DNA from: Tubulanus polymorphus | Taxonomy: Eukaryota > Animalia > Nemertea | Reading direction: 5' to 3' | Assembly: GCF_964204645.1 (NCBI RefSeq) | Contig: NC_134025.1 | Span: 10,850,001 to 10,914,000 of the forward strand | Length of the DNA stretch: 64,000 nucleotides | In this document: piece after piece, positions 1-12,360 of the stretch | Numbering within the stretch: the stretch's first letter is position 1 | Layout: the number at the start of each line of letters is the position of its first letter | The notes under the pieces: model-generated | What the model was told of the DNA's origin: nothing | The model's input: only the letters and a program-made list of their open reading frames with translations | Database searches by the model: none | Made by a program: the position numbers and the translations under genes

Positions 1-117
1 TCATTGTCTTTTAAAGTTACACTTGATCCCAGCGAAACAAATAAAACTACAGCCATATTTCATCATTTGCCATTTTTCCTTTTTCAGTCTTTTTTGTTTC
101 AGCACACATAATTATCT

Positions 118-299
118 TTTGAGTCGAGGTAGGAATAGACCCCTGCCCGCCCTCTAAGCGTGCAGGACACTAAACCTTCGAATTGCTCTCTGACCCTGCT
201 CTTTATATTCTTCTCTGTGCTTTTGAGTCGAGGTAGGAATAGACCCCTGCCCGCCCTCTAAGCGTGCAGGACACTAAACCTTCGAATTGCTCTCGGACC
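118..299. repeat. Two direct copies of a ~78-bp structured sequence (offset 104 bp)
   Basis: TTTGAGTCGAGGTAGGAATAGACCCCTGCCCGCCCTCTAAGCGTGCAGGACACTAAACCTTCGAATTGCTCTC occurs at ~118-190 and ~222-294. Confidence 0.9.
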
Positions 300-663
300 C
301 CACTCTTAATATCAGCATTTTTTGCTGTTTTACATTCGCTTCATATTTTTCTTTTCATATGGCATTTTCTTATTGGCTTTTCCCATTTTATCATATTTGT
401 CTTCTCACTGGCACTCACCAGTTCCAACTGGGATCAAATTTATATGTCAAATTTATATGTCTCGTAGAGCAAGCAGCAATGAATCAATGACAGTAACTTG
501 TTTGTTAATTTAGAGAAACTCTCACAGCTGCCAATAAAACCAGTAGCAGCAGCAGCAGCGCTGATATACAATATTGTATACAGATGATTCTTACATTATC
601 AACGTCATTAGTTCCACGTAAATCATTTCATCCTCAAATAGATTCGTGAAGACAATGTTTGGA

Positions 664-1846
664 TCAAAATTTGGTTCACAGCCCTGGTTTGGTGACAAAA
701 GAGTCAAAGCTTGGTTCACAGCCCTGGTTTGGTGACAAAAGTCAAAGCTTGGTTCAGGGCCCATGTTTGGTGACCAAAGAGTCAACATTTGGTTCACGGC
801 CCTGGATTGGTGACAAAAGAGTCAAAGTCTGGTTCACGGCCCTGGTTTGGTGACGAAAGTCAAAGCTTGGTTCAGGGCCCATGTTTGGTGACCAAAGAGT
901 CAACATTTGGTTCACAGCCCTGGATTGGTGACCAAAGAGTCTAAATCTGGTTCACGGCCCTGGTTTGGTGACAAAAGAGTCAAAGTCTGGTTGACGGCCC
1001 TGGTTTGGTGACAAAAGTCAAAGCTTGGTTCAGGGCCCATGTTTGGTGACCAAAGAGTCAACATTTGGTTCACGGCCCTGGATTGGTGACCAAAGAGTCA
1101 AAATTTGGTTCACGGCCCTGGTTTGGTGACAAAAGTGTAAAATCTGGTTCACGGCCCTGGTCTGATGACAAAAGTCAAAGCTTGGTTCACGGCCCATGTT
1201 TGGTGACCAAAGAGTCAACATTTGGTTCACGTCCCTGTATTGGTGACCAAAGAGTCAAAATTTGGTTGACGGCCCTGGTTTGGTGACAAAAGTCAAAGCT
1301 TGGTTCAGGGCCCATGTTTGGTGACCAAAGAGTCAACATTTGGTTCATGGCCCTGGATTGGTGACCAAAGAGTCAAAATTTGGCTCACGGCCCTGGTTTG
1401 GTGACAAAAGAGTCAAAGTCTGGTTCACGTCCCTGGTTTGGTGACAAAAGTCAAAGCTTGGTTCAGGGCCCATGTTTGGTGACCAAAAAGTCAACATTTG
1501 GTTCACGGCCCTGGATTGGTGACAAGAGTCAAAATTTGGTTCACGGCCCTGGTTTGGTGACAAAAGAGTCAAAGTCTAGTTCACGGCCCTGGTTTGGTGA
1601 CAACAGTCAATGCTTGGTTCAGGGCCCATGTTTGGTGACAAAAGAGTCAAAATTTGGTTCACGGCCCTGGTTTGGTGACAAAAGGGTCAAAGTCTGGTTC
1701 ACGGCCCTGGTTTGGTGACAAAAGTCAAAGCTGGGTTCAGGGCCCATGTTTGGTGACCAAAAAGTCAACATTTTGTTCACGGCCCTGGATTGGTGACCAA
1801 AGAGTCAAAATTTGGTTCACGGCCCTGGTTTGGTGACCAAAGAGTC
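664..1846. repeat. Tandem satellite, ~38-40-bp unit, ~30 copies, with variant units in a recurring order
   Basis: Consensus TTTGGTTCACGGCCCTGGTTTGGTGACAAAAGAGTCAAAA repeated head-to-tail with no unique spacers. Confidence 0.97.
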
Positions 1847-2212
1847 TAAGGCTTTGAGGCTAGTGTGCAGCCGTGCTTTCAGATTATACCCTAAATGGGT
1901 TCACAATCTGTATTCATTGATAATGTCAAAAATAAGGAATTATTTTGAGTCTGTAATAATGCATCCATCAAACGTCAAAGAACTACGTCATATAAACTGA
2001 CAAATTGATGCACTGATAAAATTTCAAATACTTAAACTGCGGAGGATGAAATAACAAATAAACTGATATGATCGTGAAAAATTGCAAAATAATCTAACTG
2101 TCACAAAGAGAAATAAAACTAACCATTGATAAAACACGTAGAGAATCCCACAATGATAACAAAAAGTAGTCTGAAAATGTTTCCTCAACTAATATTCATC
2201 TGCAGGAGCGAT

Positions 2213-3245
2213 AAATATAGCTGCAAAGCAGTGATAACAGGTTTTCTGCTTTCATGATTCTGCGATCTTGAACAACTAGGGATAACGGGTTTTCTGCATT
2301 AATGATTCCGCGATCTTGAACAACTTGGAAGCGATAAAATTGGTTTTGAATTAATTTGTCCGAATCCTAGTCCGCAGAATTCAATTGGTGCCGTCGATTC
2401 ACTGCCGCTGATTCACATGGAATCGTGGGGGGGGATGCCAATAGCTAGTTGCTAATTGCCATATGCTCTAGTTATTGCTAGTTTAGTTAAAAAAAAGCTC
2501 CACTGGTAATGAGCATTTGACAACAAGCATTTGGCAACTAGCAATTGTCAATTTGCAACTGGCATGTCCCTTTAGCGCTTCCATAGATACTAGCGCGGGC
2601 TTGAGGACTTTTAGCAAATTTTATGAACCGTACAAATTTGAATGGTTTCAATCCGAAGCAGATTTTTTCTTCAACACAGAGCGATAAATGTTTACGGCTC
2701 GACAGCGCTTTCATAACGGTGATCCATCAAAATACAGCCGCAGTATTCGTAGATATGAAGGATCCGGATGATTTTATTCGAATCGTATTTTTCGTAAGGA
2801 ACGTATTTCACACGTAAGGCTCATGCTTTCGAAAGCCCGCTCGTAAACTTGGACGCAATAAATATTTATTGGATTGCATTGTTATCGATGAATACGAATA
2901 TCAATTACATTCCCAACCATTTCTATGGTATATGGAGGAAAAAACAGTATTTGCAATCAATTACAACATTACGCAATTATATTAAAACAGATTTTTAAAA
3001 AATTGACGCATTTCATACAAATAAATCAGTAAAATCTTAAATAATTCCAATCACAGAAATAATCTTAGATCCAAACTAAGATGTATAAATGTGCTTCCAG
3101 TATGTGAATGGACCCCTAGGTGGCGCTCCTTAAAAGAGCCATTCGTTCTTATGAACTGATATTGACAAAATCTTTGTACGCTTCCAAGTGCGACATTTAA
3201 TCCAGCAAGGCAGAAACCCGTTATCAGCTTTGCAGCTATATTCTT
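2213..3245. mobile_element. Degraded element bounded by long imperfect inverted repeats
   Basis: AATATAGCTGCAAAGCAGTGATAACAGGTTTTCTGC (~2214-2249) is the approximate reverse complement of GCAGAAACCCGTTATCAGCTTTGCAGCTATATT (~3210-3242). Confidence 0.4.
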
Positions 3246-4404
3246 AGATCCGTAACTAAGATGTATAAATGCGCTTTATCAAAGCGAACGACTCACTCAT
3301 AGTAGCGGGAAGGGGCTGTAAAAACTCAAGGTAAAAAACTAGATCAGGTTCAAAAATATTTCCTGATATAAGTATAATTAGTTCACAGGGCCTTTGATTC
3401 TGTTGAGAAAGCAAAAAGTCTCAGCTTGAAATATACTAATGTCAATATAATCTATTCAGAAATATGAAAGTTGCTGGATGTATGATAGAACAATAGTCAC
3501 TCTTGTGTTTGTCAATCCGTGTCATCATTGTTCCACCTATAAATCGTACAGTTGTACCACCTATAAATTGTACAGTTTATTTCAGAAAATGTGTCCCCTC
3601 TTTGTGAAAACACTAGGATAACTTACTACTATGTATATTTATCTATCTTCAAAAAGTGATGTTAGATATAATCACTGAAAAATGAAATGGAAAAAAAATT
3701 GAATTTACGTCGCGATGATAACTCTACATAAAATCGGGAAAACTTTTTATTAATCGTAAATGAATTCATGATGACATAATAACTCAACATAAAAATCAAA
3801 TTTTTATTTTTCATAAATGATGTCCCCAGGACTGCAGCGGACATATTCGTCAGCGAGCGCTGCAGGTGTGAAACTCCATAAGGGGATCTGGGTATCCCCC
3901 CTAATGAAATATTGAAAAATTAGATGAATGTTGTTGCATTCATTCTAAGCACTTTCCTGGTTGAAATAAGGAATGCAATACGCTCACAATTTCACCATTC
4001 GTAAACAAGTCTTGGGGAGAAAATTAATCCAAGATCATTCGGTAAAAAAAAAGACCTCTCGACCCCTCCTGGATCTGCCACTGAACGTGGACTGCATCTC
4101 GACAACATTCCAAAGCCTCAGCCTCAGTAAAATACAACTTTTTGCTGGCGACGTATTCAAATAGAACCAGCTAGTATGCCACCTTCTTTCAACAGTAATT
4201 ATTAAAAAAATAATTGTTGATTAATTGAATTGCTCATTAAGCTATATTTCGATCGCAACCAGGGAGCAGTTTCTAAAATCATTCAAGTAAATTACTCATT
4301 CGTGGCCAACTTGAATAACGGCCCTAAAAAATTGAAAAGTACCCATTCAAAAATCAGGGGCAATTATCTCTTAACGATTTTAAGAGAAGCGACAGTGATA
4401 TTAC

Positions 4405-4480
4405 GCGCACTATCCGGGGATCGAACCCGGGTCTCGTAGAAGGCAGTGCTATAAACCAGTAAAACTAATAGAACTAGTCC
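4405..4480 (-). mobile_element. tRNA-derived SINE head / tRNA pseudogene remnant
   Basis: Minus strand reads TAGTTTTACTGG (A-box-like) ... GGGTTCGATCCCCGG (B box/T-loop); no complete cloverleaf. Confidence 0.55.
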
Positions 4481-4789
4481 ACTTAACCAGCTTGTCATAC
4501 GTTTAACGACTATAAAATAACATGTTCAAGTCTTGTGTGATGATGCCTAACAGTAAAGGTGTATACTAATCCTATTGGTTATAAGAATACAATTAAAAAT
4601 GGGACACATTTTCTGAAATATCCTGACTAAAAATAACTACCAGTACCATGACTGTACCTGACCGTAAATTCCCACCCACCTAAAACCTTCACTACTGCCC
4701 ATCTATACTCTAAACTACCAACCACCTAGACCCTTCACCCCTCCCTCCAAAGTCCTACCACCACCCATCCTCTCCAGCCCACCCTCCCT

Positions 4790-4975
4790 CATTCTCAGAC
4801 CCCATCCCTCCCAGACACCTTCCCTCCCGCCCTCCCAGACCCCTTCCCTCCCGCCCTCCCAGACCCCATCCCTCCCGCCCTCCCAGACCCCTTCCCTCCC
4901 GCCCTTCCAGACCCCTTCCCTCCCACCCTCCCAGACCCCATCCCTCCCACCCTCCCTTTACCCTTGCCTCCCCCC
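4790..4975. repeat. C-rich 24-bp minisatellite (G-rich on minus strand)
   Basis: CCCTCCCAGACCCCWTCCCTCCCG repeated ~6-7 times. Confidence 0.9.
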
Positions 4976-5544
4976 AACCCTACCCACCCTCTCCAAACCC
5001 TGCGGTTAGATGAGTTGAAGTGTTACGATGTTTTAGTTAGATGGATGGGAATTGTAAAGATGAGAGAACAAATCACTGTTCAATCACAGGATGAAGTAAC
5101 GCAGTGATCTGTACTTAGTATCTGCACACAATGATACATGTATCTGTAACTGTACATACAGTCCGAGATCTATAGCAGTATAATCTAAAGAAATTGTAAA
5201 CACATCCAATTGTGGCGAAGGAACGTGATTAATAACAGTTGTGTTATTGACATCAGGGACCAGTTTCATATTGAAAATAACATTTGAGTTGATCAATTTA
5301 GAAAACCTGTAAACCCGCTTTATTCTTTTATGTATCGCTGAAATAACAATCCCAACTATGAACTAATCCTTACCAAATATACACCAGCGATATAAAGACA
5401 ATTGAATGGATTCAATAAAGAAATTTAAAAGCCCAGATTTCATTTCAAAACATGGTTTATAACAAACACTATAAAACTGGTCCCTTAGAATCAAATCAAC
5501 AACCAATAAATAGGAGATAAATGTAACTTATCTTGAATTTCCAT

Positions 5545-5915
5545 TCAGTGACTCCTGATGTCCTGTGCACTGTGCAGAATCCAAGACAGTCTTTTTGTAA
5601 AACAGTGATTCTGGATGTCCAGTGCAGAATCTGAGAGTCTGATTGTAAAACAGTGATTCCTGATGTCCTGCGCAGAATCCAAGAGAGTCTAATTGTAAAG
5701 CACCGTTTTCTTGTCCTGTATTGAATCCAACAAAGTGTACTGATTCCTTGTCCTGTATTGAATCCAACAATGTCATGTAAAGTACTGATTCCTTGTCCTG
5801 TATTGAATCCAACGAAGTATTACTGTAAAGCACTGATACCTGGTAGTCCTGCGCTGATTCCAAGAAAGTGCTCGTAGATGTAACACACTGATTCCTTGTT
5901 GTCCTCTACTGAATC
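5545..5915. repeat. Degenerate minisatellite, ~36-45-bp unit
   Basis: Recurring GATTCCT(T)G(A)TGTCCTG..GAATCCAA....TGTAAAGCACT motif; it produces the repetitive 5528-5863 ORF. Confidence 0.75.
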
Positions 5916-8489
5916 TAAGTTCCCATTGTATAGTGATGCCTATAATAGACAAATCAAAGATTGTTGTCTTTCCTTAGATAACTGCAGAATTATCAAATTC
6001 AAACTTACATATCAAATTGTTCGCTCCAATCTGTGTAGTTCATTTATCCAGGGCTTTCTATCTACGGTTTAGGTTTTGCCTCCAGAGTTCAACATCAAAC
6101 AAAAAAGAATTTTATGAATATACATGAATAGACATAGACTGAAGCCGATGAAACCATTTAAAAGATAAAATAAACTTGCCCTTTTTAGTTTTTCAACTTG
6201 TCTTGCTTGATTGATTTTCACCATGTGCGCCTAGATTCACCTCTGAAATATGATTACCCACAATATCTAAGATGAACTATTTTTCGCCATTTTAACTAAT
6301 GTTACGAATACTTACCGAATATTGAAATACTGATTTCTGGGGTCTTAAATGAGGCTGCCTATGTTTGAAATTAGGCGAGGTTTTTGCTTTTCGCGTTAGT
6401 TGAGCACGCCATTTTGATATTGATATTGATATTCTTATTGTGTCTCAGATACCGCGCCGCGCATGTCACAATGTACAATGTCGGTATCGAGTTTCAATCG
6501 AGGTCGAATCCTGGCTGGGGAGATTCTCGTGCAGCCCTCAGAAAATCATCGGTCCCCAGAATTACGAGCTAAGCGGAGTTAATTGTAATGCCAAACCAAC
6601 ATTCGTTATTCCAGTGGCTAAACCGGTACCGGTAAACGCTCCAAAGGCCCCGCGCTAAAACCAGAGATAAACCTGGCCAAAACTACTGAAATTTGTTGTG
6701 TTTTTATTATTTAATATGGAATAGCTACAGAATTCTAGTACAGAACATGCAAAAGTGCCATTTTTATAATTTAAGAACGCCCCTTCCAAAATCCTGGCTA
6801 CGGGCTTGAAAAGTGCAGTGCTTTTACTCATTAAAGTTATCATCGCAAAAATTCGTGTTATATGATTCGAATTGTAACTATCTGTAAAGCGGAACTGATC
6901 GGGATGAAGATCTTAAATTTTTTTCCTTGTACCGAATTGTATATGGATGTGATTGTATAGCCTAAGTTAACGAGTTTTGCAATAAATTAACAATTTAATG
7001 AACAAGAAGAATCTACAAAAATAAAAAAGGTACGCGGTGTCTCTTGACGGTTGACGTAATGAAACTCTAGGTGTTAACGAATTGTTCAATTTTCTTGTTT
7101 TAATTTAAGTCGGGTTGTGCAATAAACGGTGGTAAAACAACGCCATTGTAACTTGGAATGTTACGCCTTAGTAGTCTGGCTTTCTAGTTAATACAATTTC
7201 AATTTAATTCTTTCCACGCCTCATTCCCGCCATCAAACTACAACGATTTCCAAAAGTGAATAAAATTTATATTCATTTCTTCACTCTTACAATAAATAAA
7301 AGCCTAGTATTCAGATGTCTTTCTGATCTATTTCATTACACCCGTCCTAGGACGAGTACTTTGTTAGTGCTATTTTTTCTGTTAACGCAAGTAAGGATGT
7401 TTCGGGCTTTCTGTTTAAATTTATCATTCGTTGAAAAATTTTCGAAGGAATCGGCAAAGATCGTCATACCAATCGCTATCTTTCTGTAAACAAGTCGGCT
7501 CGCGACTCCCTTTTTTGGCCATTTATGCAGTGGCGAAAACTGATACCCTTGCGACTCGACAAACTGTGTAAAGGAATTCTCCAAGATGATTGGAAATGCA
7601 TTTATTGTAGGATTGTACCTTTCATTATTATCATTATATCTGTCACCGAAAATTCATCTGTCACTGAATAACTTCATTTGTAAATAGCTTGTTGTCTTGT
7701 TTTTATATGAATACCAGTATTGATATCAAAAATTAATCACTTGCAATATGCCCGAAGAGGGGAAAATGTAACCCCCGTAAAGCGTTTGCAGCAATAAATA
7801 TATTTACTCATTAGAAAATTAAGATTTGATCCATGTCAGCACCTGACTCGTTTAGGACTGCCATCGAATCTGGTATTCCTCCTATCGGCCGACCCAGTAT
7901 CTTGTTTATAATGTGAGTACAGTTGGCTCACGACAGTAGCTGTATGTCACACACAGTTTGACAAATTCATAGAAATTTCCATATCAAGTTCTGAAGTTAT
8001 TCTTAAGGGTCCAGTCATAATGGGATTGAGATTCTGAAGCTTGTGACAATTTTCTGTAAAAAGGACTTAGATTAAAGAAGAGAAATTTGAAGATAGACAA
8101 TCACATTCTTATTAAGAAATCAAAGATGACAACTCTAGACATCAACTCTAGATGACAGTAGTTCCTTCCATTATGATAACGTTTATGAACGTTTAATAAA
8201 CAATAATTACTGTAGAGACAACATCATTGGCCCATAGCTGAGCCATATAATATGGATATTGAAATGATACCATTACGTGTATGGATTTCCATTCCATTAC
8301 GCCATCTGTAGCAAAGATCAATGAAAACGCGTCTACTTTGAAGTTGACGAGGATTGGAACCGTAGTTTTGAGTTACTTCATCGGCATCGGCGATACAAGG
8401 TCCAATGAAGTAAAACCTCTCGAAAAGCCATATAATGCATTTGCAAAATGTGAGGTGGCTGATGTCATTGTTTCTGATGGATTTAATGA

Positions 8490-10559
8490 CTGCTCTCAAT
8501 CAAAATCAACGATTCACGAAAATAACGATAAGCGCTTCACAGAAACCGTACCGATCTGATAGTCACAAAAGCCGACTCCGATGCGCCGCTTTCTGTAGTT
8601 CACAAGCTCGATGTAAAGGTTTCAAATCATCCGTAATGACATCGGGCAGATGGAATTGCGAATTGTACGGCGATCCTCAGTACGAAGCGGACACTAAAAC
8701 GGTTAATACGATTTATATGAAAGGTAAGTAAACATTCCCTCGAAATCTTATTCTGATGAGCCAAAACGAAAATCGAAAATGTTTATGGCGCATGTTTATG
8801 ACCGCTAAGTCATTTCATTTTCCGGAATCATGACACGTTTTCAGTCCTCATATGCAGGTTACTTAACGATTTTGGAGAATTCAATCTCGTTTGAAAATTA
8901 CCCTTCTCTGGATATATAGATACGCAATGTTCAAAATAATATCAGTCAAAAAATCGCATTTGATTTCGAAGCAAGGGTAAGAATATCATTTTCAGTACAT
9001 AAAAATCGATGATAATGTGCTGTTAAAACGTAGAGTATTTCCTTCCTAAAAATCGATACCACACCAGGCAATTGCGCGGAGTTGATGACTATCATATTAA
9101 TCTACTAAGTAAATCGTATTCGAAAGATCCCATTAATTGTATTCATTAACTATTCATTGATGGAAAACAAAGCAAAGCGTCCAATGGTTTCAATCGATTC
9201 CACCGACAGCCACTTATTCTTCCGCAAGGCAATCGGCACTGACTGCTACAATTCAAAATTACCGCGCAGGGCGGATCTAGGAAAGCCAGGACCCTGAAGA
9301 AAATAAAAAGGCATTTCTCGGATGAAGCAGCCATCCGTGTCAAAGGCCATCAGCGGGGTCACGCCCTTAGCGTTAAGACATCCGAGGAGTGTCAAATTTT
9401 CAGGTTTTAACAATCTCTGCTATGACGAAATAAAGGGCAACGTCAGTGGGAAGGCAGGCGCCCGGACCCCTGAGACCATCACCCCCTAAATCCGCCCCTG
9501 CGTCGATATATATCTGGGCGCATCGTTTACGGGATTCCATCCACGCGTAGACTCGTCGTCCATGGTTACACGAATCGTAGGGTTTGTTAGATGAATCGTA
9601 GTAATAAGTTTGTAATTACTTGACACACTTGAATCTGAACCAATACACCATAATCACCATGGACTATTCATGATTTTACCGACCATATATATCTTTGAAG
9701 TGAAACAAATAACAGAAATATATCTTTTAAGAATAGTTTGGTGCGGAAACGTCCGGGGGACATATCTATTAAACAGAATATTTTCGAGATTAATTCTCAG
9801 TCAGTAACTCAACATAACTAGTTCTCTCAGTTAAAAGTTACTTTCGAGGTTTATACTGAGTTACAAATTCGGAATTAACCTCGAGATTTTTTGTTTTTTA
9901 AGTAAATACATACATCCCGAAGACGCTTCTGTAGTTCACGGATAAAAAGAACTTAAACCCACGTAGCATTTGGCTGTTTGCTTCATTGTGCTTCTTTTCC
10001 CATTCTTTCTCCATAATTTAGCACGTGACTGTCCGGACGGATTTTTCACCATTCTTACCTCGTGTTTTCAACTCGAGAAAACCGAGAGAAATTGGGTAAG
10101 TGCTGAGGGATACTGTCGACGTCGGGGATGGAAGTTAGCAGAACCGAGGAATGAAATGATACTCACTAAACTGAAGGCATACATGAAGGAATTCGACCGA
10201 AAATGTGAGTACTGGTATCCTCTCCCTCTCCCTCTCCCTCTCCCTCTCCCTCTCCCTCTCCCTCTCCCTCTCCCTCTCCCTCTCCCTCTCCCTCTCCCTC
10301 TCCCTCTCGTAATATGACGTAAATATTGATATTATTTGTAGATGATTGCTTTATCGGAGGCAAGGACCTGGCCACAAATATACCTCGTGGGCCGTGGGTA
10401 TGGGTTTCTGACCAAGAGGTGATTCGGAATTTTGACTGGTATTACAGCGAGCCGTCGTCGTCGACCGAAAAATGTTTAGCTATGTCCAGCGCAATGGGGC
10501 ACAGATGGAACGACATCTCTTGTCACGAGGAGCTGGCTCCGTTTTTATGTGAAATTTAA
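8490..10559 (+). CDS. PAN/apple-like + C-type lectin domain protein (5' end unresolved, possibly pseudogenised)
   Basis: Exon ending 8723 encodes RCAAFCSSQARCKGF...CELY (PAN-like Cys pattern) and ends G|GTAAGT in phase 1, compatible with the phase-1 acceptor at 10022. Exons 10022-10204 and 10342-10559 encode a CTLD (CPDGF..SCF..NW..AE..C....LA; WVWV; EPS; C; WND..C....FLCE). Confidence 0.7.
9267..9500. mobile_element. MITE, CAGGG(G)CGGATCTAGG...AAATCCGCCCCTG family
   Basis: Terminal inverted repeats; sister copy at 15215-15474. Confidence 0.7.
10219..10308. repeat. (CCCTCT)n microsatellite filling most of a 137-bp intron
   Basis: About 15 hexamer copies between the GT donor at 10205 and the AG acceptor at 10341. 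Confidence 0.95.
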
Positions 10560-11137
10560 TATCTTTGAAAAAATCCAGTGATTTCGGTCAAGAAGACTGA
10601 ATAATTTGATAGCCACCGTACATAACGCCTACGAGAGAGATATGTTGTCAATACAGTCAAATGTCGACGGCTGCAGTGTCAAATGATGAGTCGACAGTGT
10701 CAAATGATGAGTCGACGATATCATACACATTTCCTTTGCACATTTTAAAGTTATTACCGGTAAGAACCGGTATCGCGAAAGCGTATTTCCCGCCACTTAA
10801 ACACATGATTGTCTAAAGAAGAGGGCAACACAATAACATCATTTCATTATTTAGTGAAATAAAACATATGGAAATTAATAAATAAACAACAAGGAAATCA
10901 CGTATAATTCTTTTTTTCGGTGTTTTAACATTCGAAATCATATCAGGAAAATTTACGAAATTACGATGATAGCGTCCAGAGAAGTGCTTGGACCTTGGCT
11001 CAATCAAATGTTATTGTAGGTATAAGTTCATGTTTAGAAGATGCCGTAAACGCAAGATCTGTAGGATTTAGAGAGGCTTCTCCTGAAAAATTTCTTATCT
11101 TATAATAAGTAATTAACTTTGATCATAAACTTTGCTA

Positions 11138-11440
11138 TAAGCCGCGATTACACGGAGACGATTTGGCCCGGGCCAAATTGGCACAGATCAAGCTCGAGCC
11201 AAATTTGGCCGGTGCTTAATTAGAGAGCGCACTCACACACAAACCATTGGTTCGATACTACAAAACAATGCTTGAAATAAGCGAAGTGGGCCATTTCCAA
11301 TACCAGTTGCAAAAAACGCAACCATTTGTCTGGTGCTAGAATTTGGCTCAGGCCTGGTCCAACGTTTTTGGTCGGGCCAAATAGACTCGAGCCCATTTGG
11401 CACTCGTGTGAACAGTTGCCCTCGTGTGATCCCGGCTATA
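11138..11440. mobile_element. Palindromic MITE (TAAGCCGCGATTACACG...CGTGTGATCCCGGCTATA)
   Basis: Imperfect inverted termini with TA flanks; related copy at ~43419-43731. Confidence 0.65.
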
Positions 11441-12360
11441 TACTACTGTAGGTTTTTAGGTGATTAGCAGGTATTAACAAAAGTAGTTCCCAGTGTGCTC
11501 AGTTTGCATATAACCGTATTACATAACATGTACCTCTAGATACTAGGTACTTAGTTGAATTGGGCCTGTTCGATCTCTTCAAATTAACCGAATACAGAGT
11601 ATTGGAAATTTCTCAATTTACCGTAGGGAATATGAATCTTTCATGCATGACCAGCACAGAAAAGCTGCAAAAATTTACTGGATACTAGTATGCATTGATT
11701 ATTCATGAGCAACTCAAATACCACAAAAACGAGGAATTGAATTGTTATACGCAAACTCTAAACGCCATAAAACTAAACCTTAAAATTAAAGTTCTTATAC
11801 CTTAAAGTTACGCCTTACAGTAATGTAAACTCTAACCTCATTATTAGGCAGGTTTTGATTGAACGTATTTCAGTCCAGGATTGTTATTCCAGATTACAAA
11901 TTCTCTAGCAGCCTTCCATCAGGTTTACGGATTATGCTATTGCGGAATAGCACATTCTGGTGGAAACGAATGCGCCAGAGAATTCTGGAATCATATTGAA
12001 AAGACATATTGAAAACCTGCATTAGATTCACAATTAACATTGAAGACACTAAATTTCAGTTGGCATAACATCCGATGAAAATAAACGAAGTCGTCATAAA
12101 ATCTAATACATCCACAATATGAACACAATGCAGACAAGCGATTAAATAATCTATCGTTGACAGCACTAGTCGTTTCTACTGCCACTTTTATCACAGTTTT
12201 TAAAAAGTCAACCACTCGCTCGTCACAATAAATAATACATTCACAGCCTCTCAGTTACTAAACTGATATAATTAACATTAACATTTCCCTCATGACAATA
12301 TTGGCCTTTGTAAACATATTAACATTTCCCTCATGACAATATTGTAATATTTGTAAAACT

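Noticed and set aside
664-1846. CRISPR-like array or repetitive coding ORFs
   Set aside because: Units abut with no unique spacers, there are no cas genes and the context is eukaryotic; the ORFs are translations of the satellite.
4405-4480. Functional tRNA gene
   Set aside because: Only A/B boxes and a T-arm are recognisable; no anticodon or acceptor stem closure.
8748-8780. CTGATGAG-CCAAAA-CGAAA as a hammerhead
   Set aside because: Helix II is only 1 bp and there is no convincing helix I or III.
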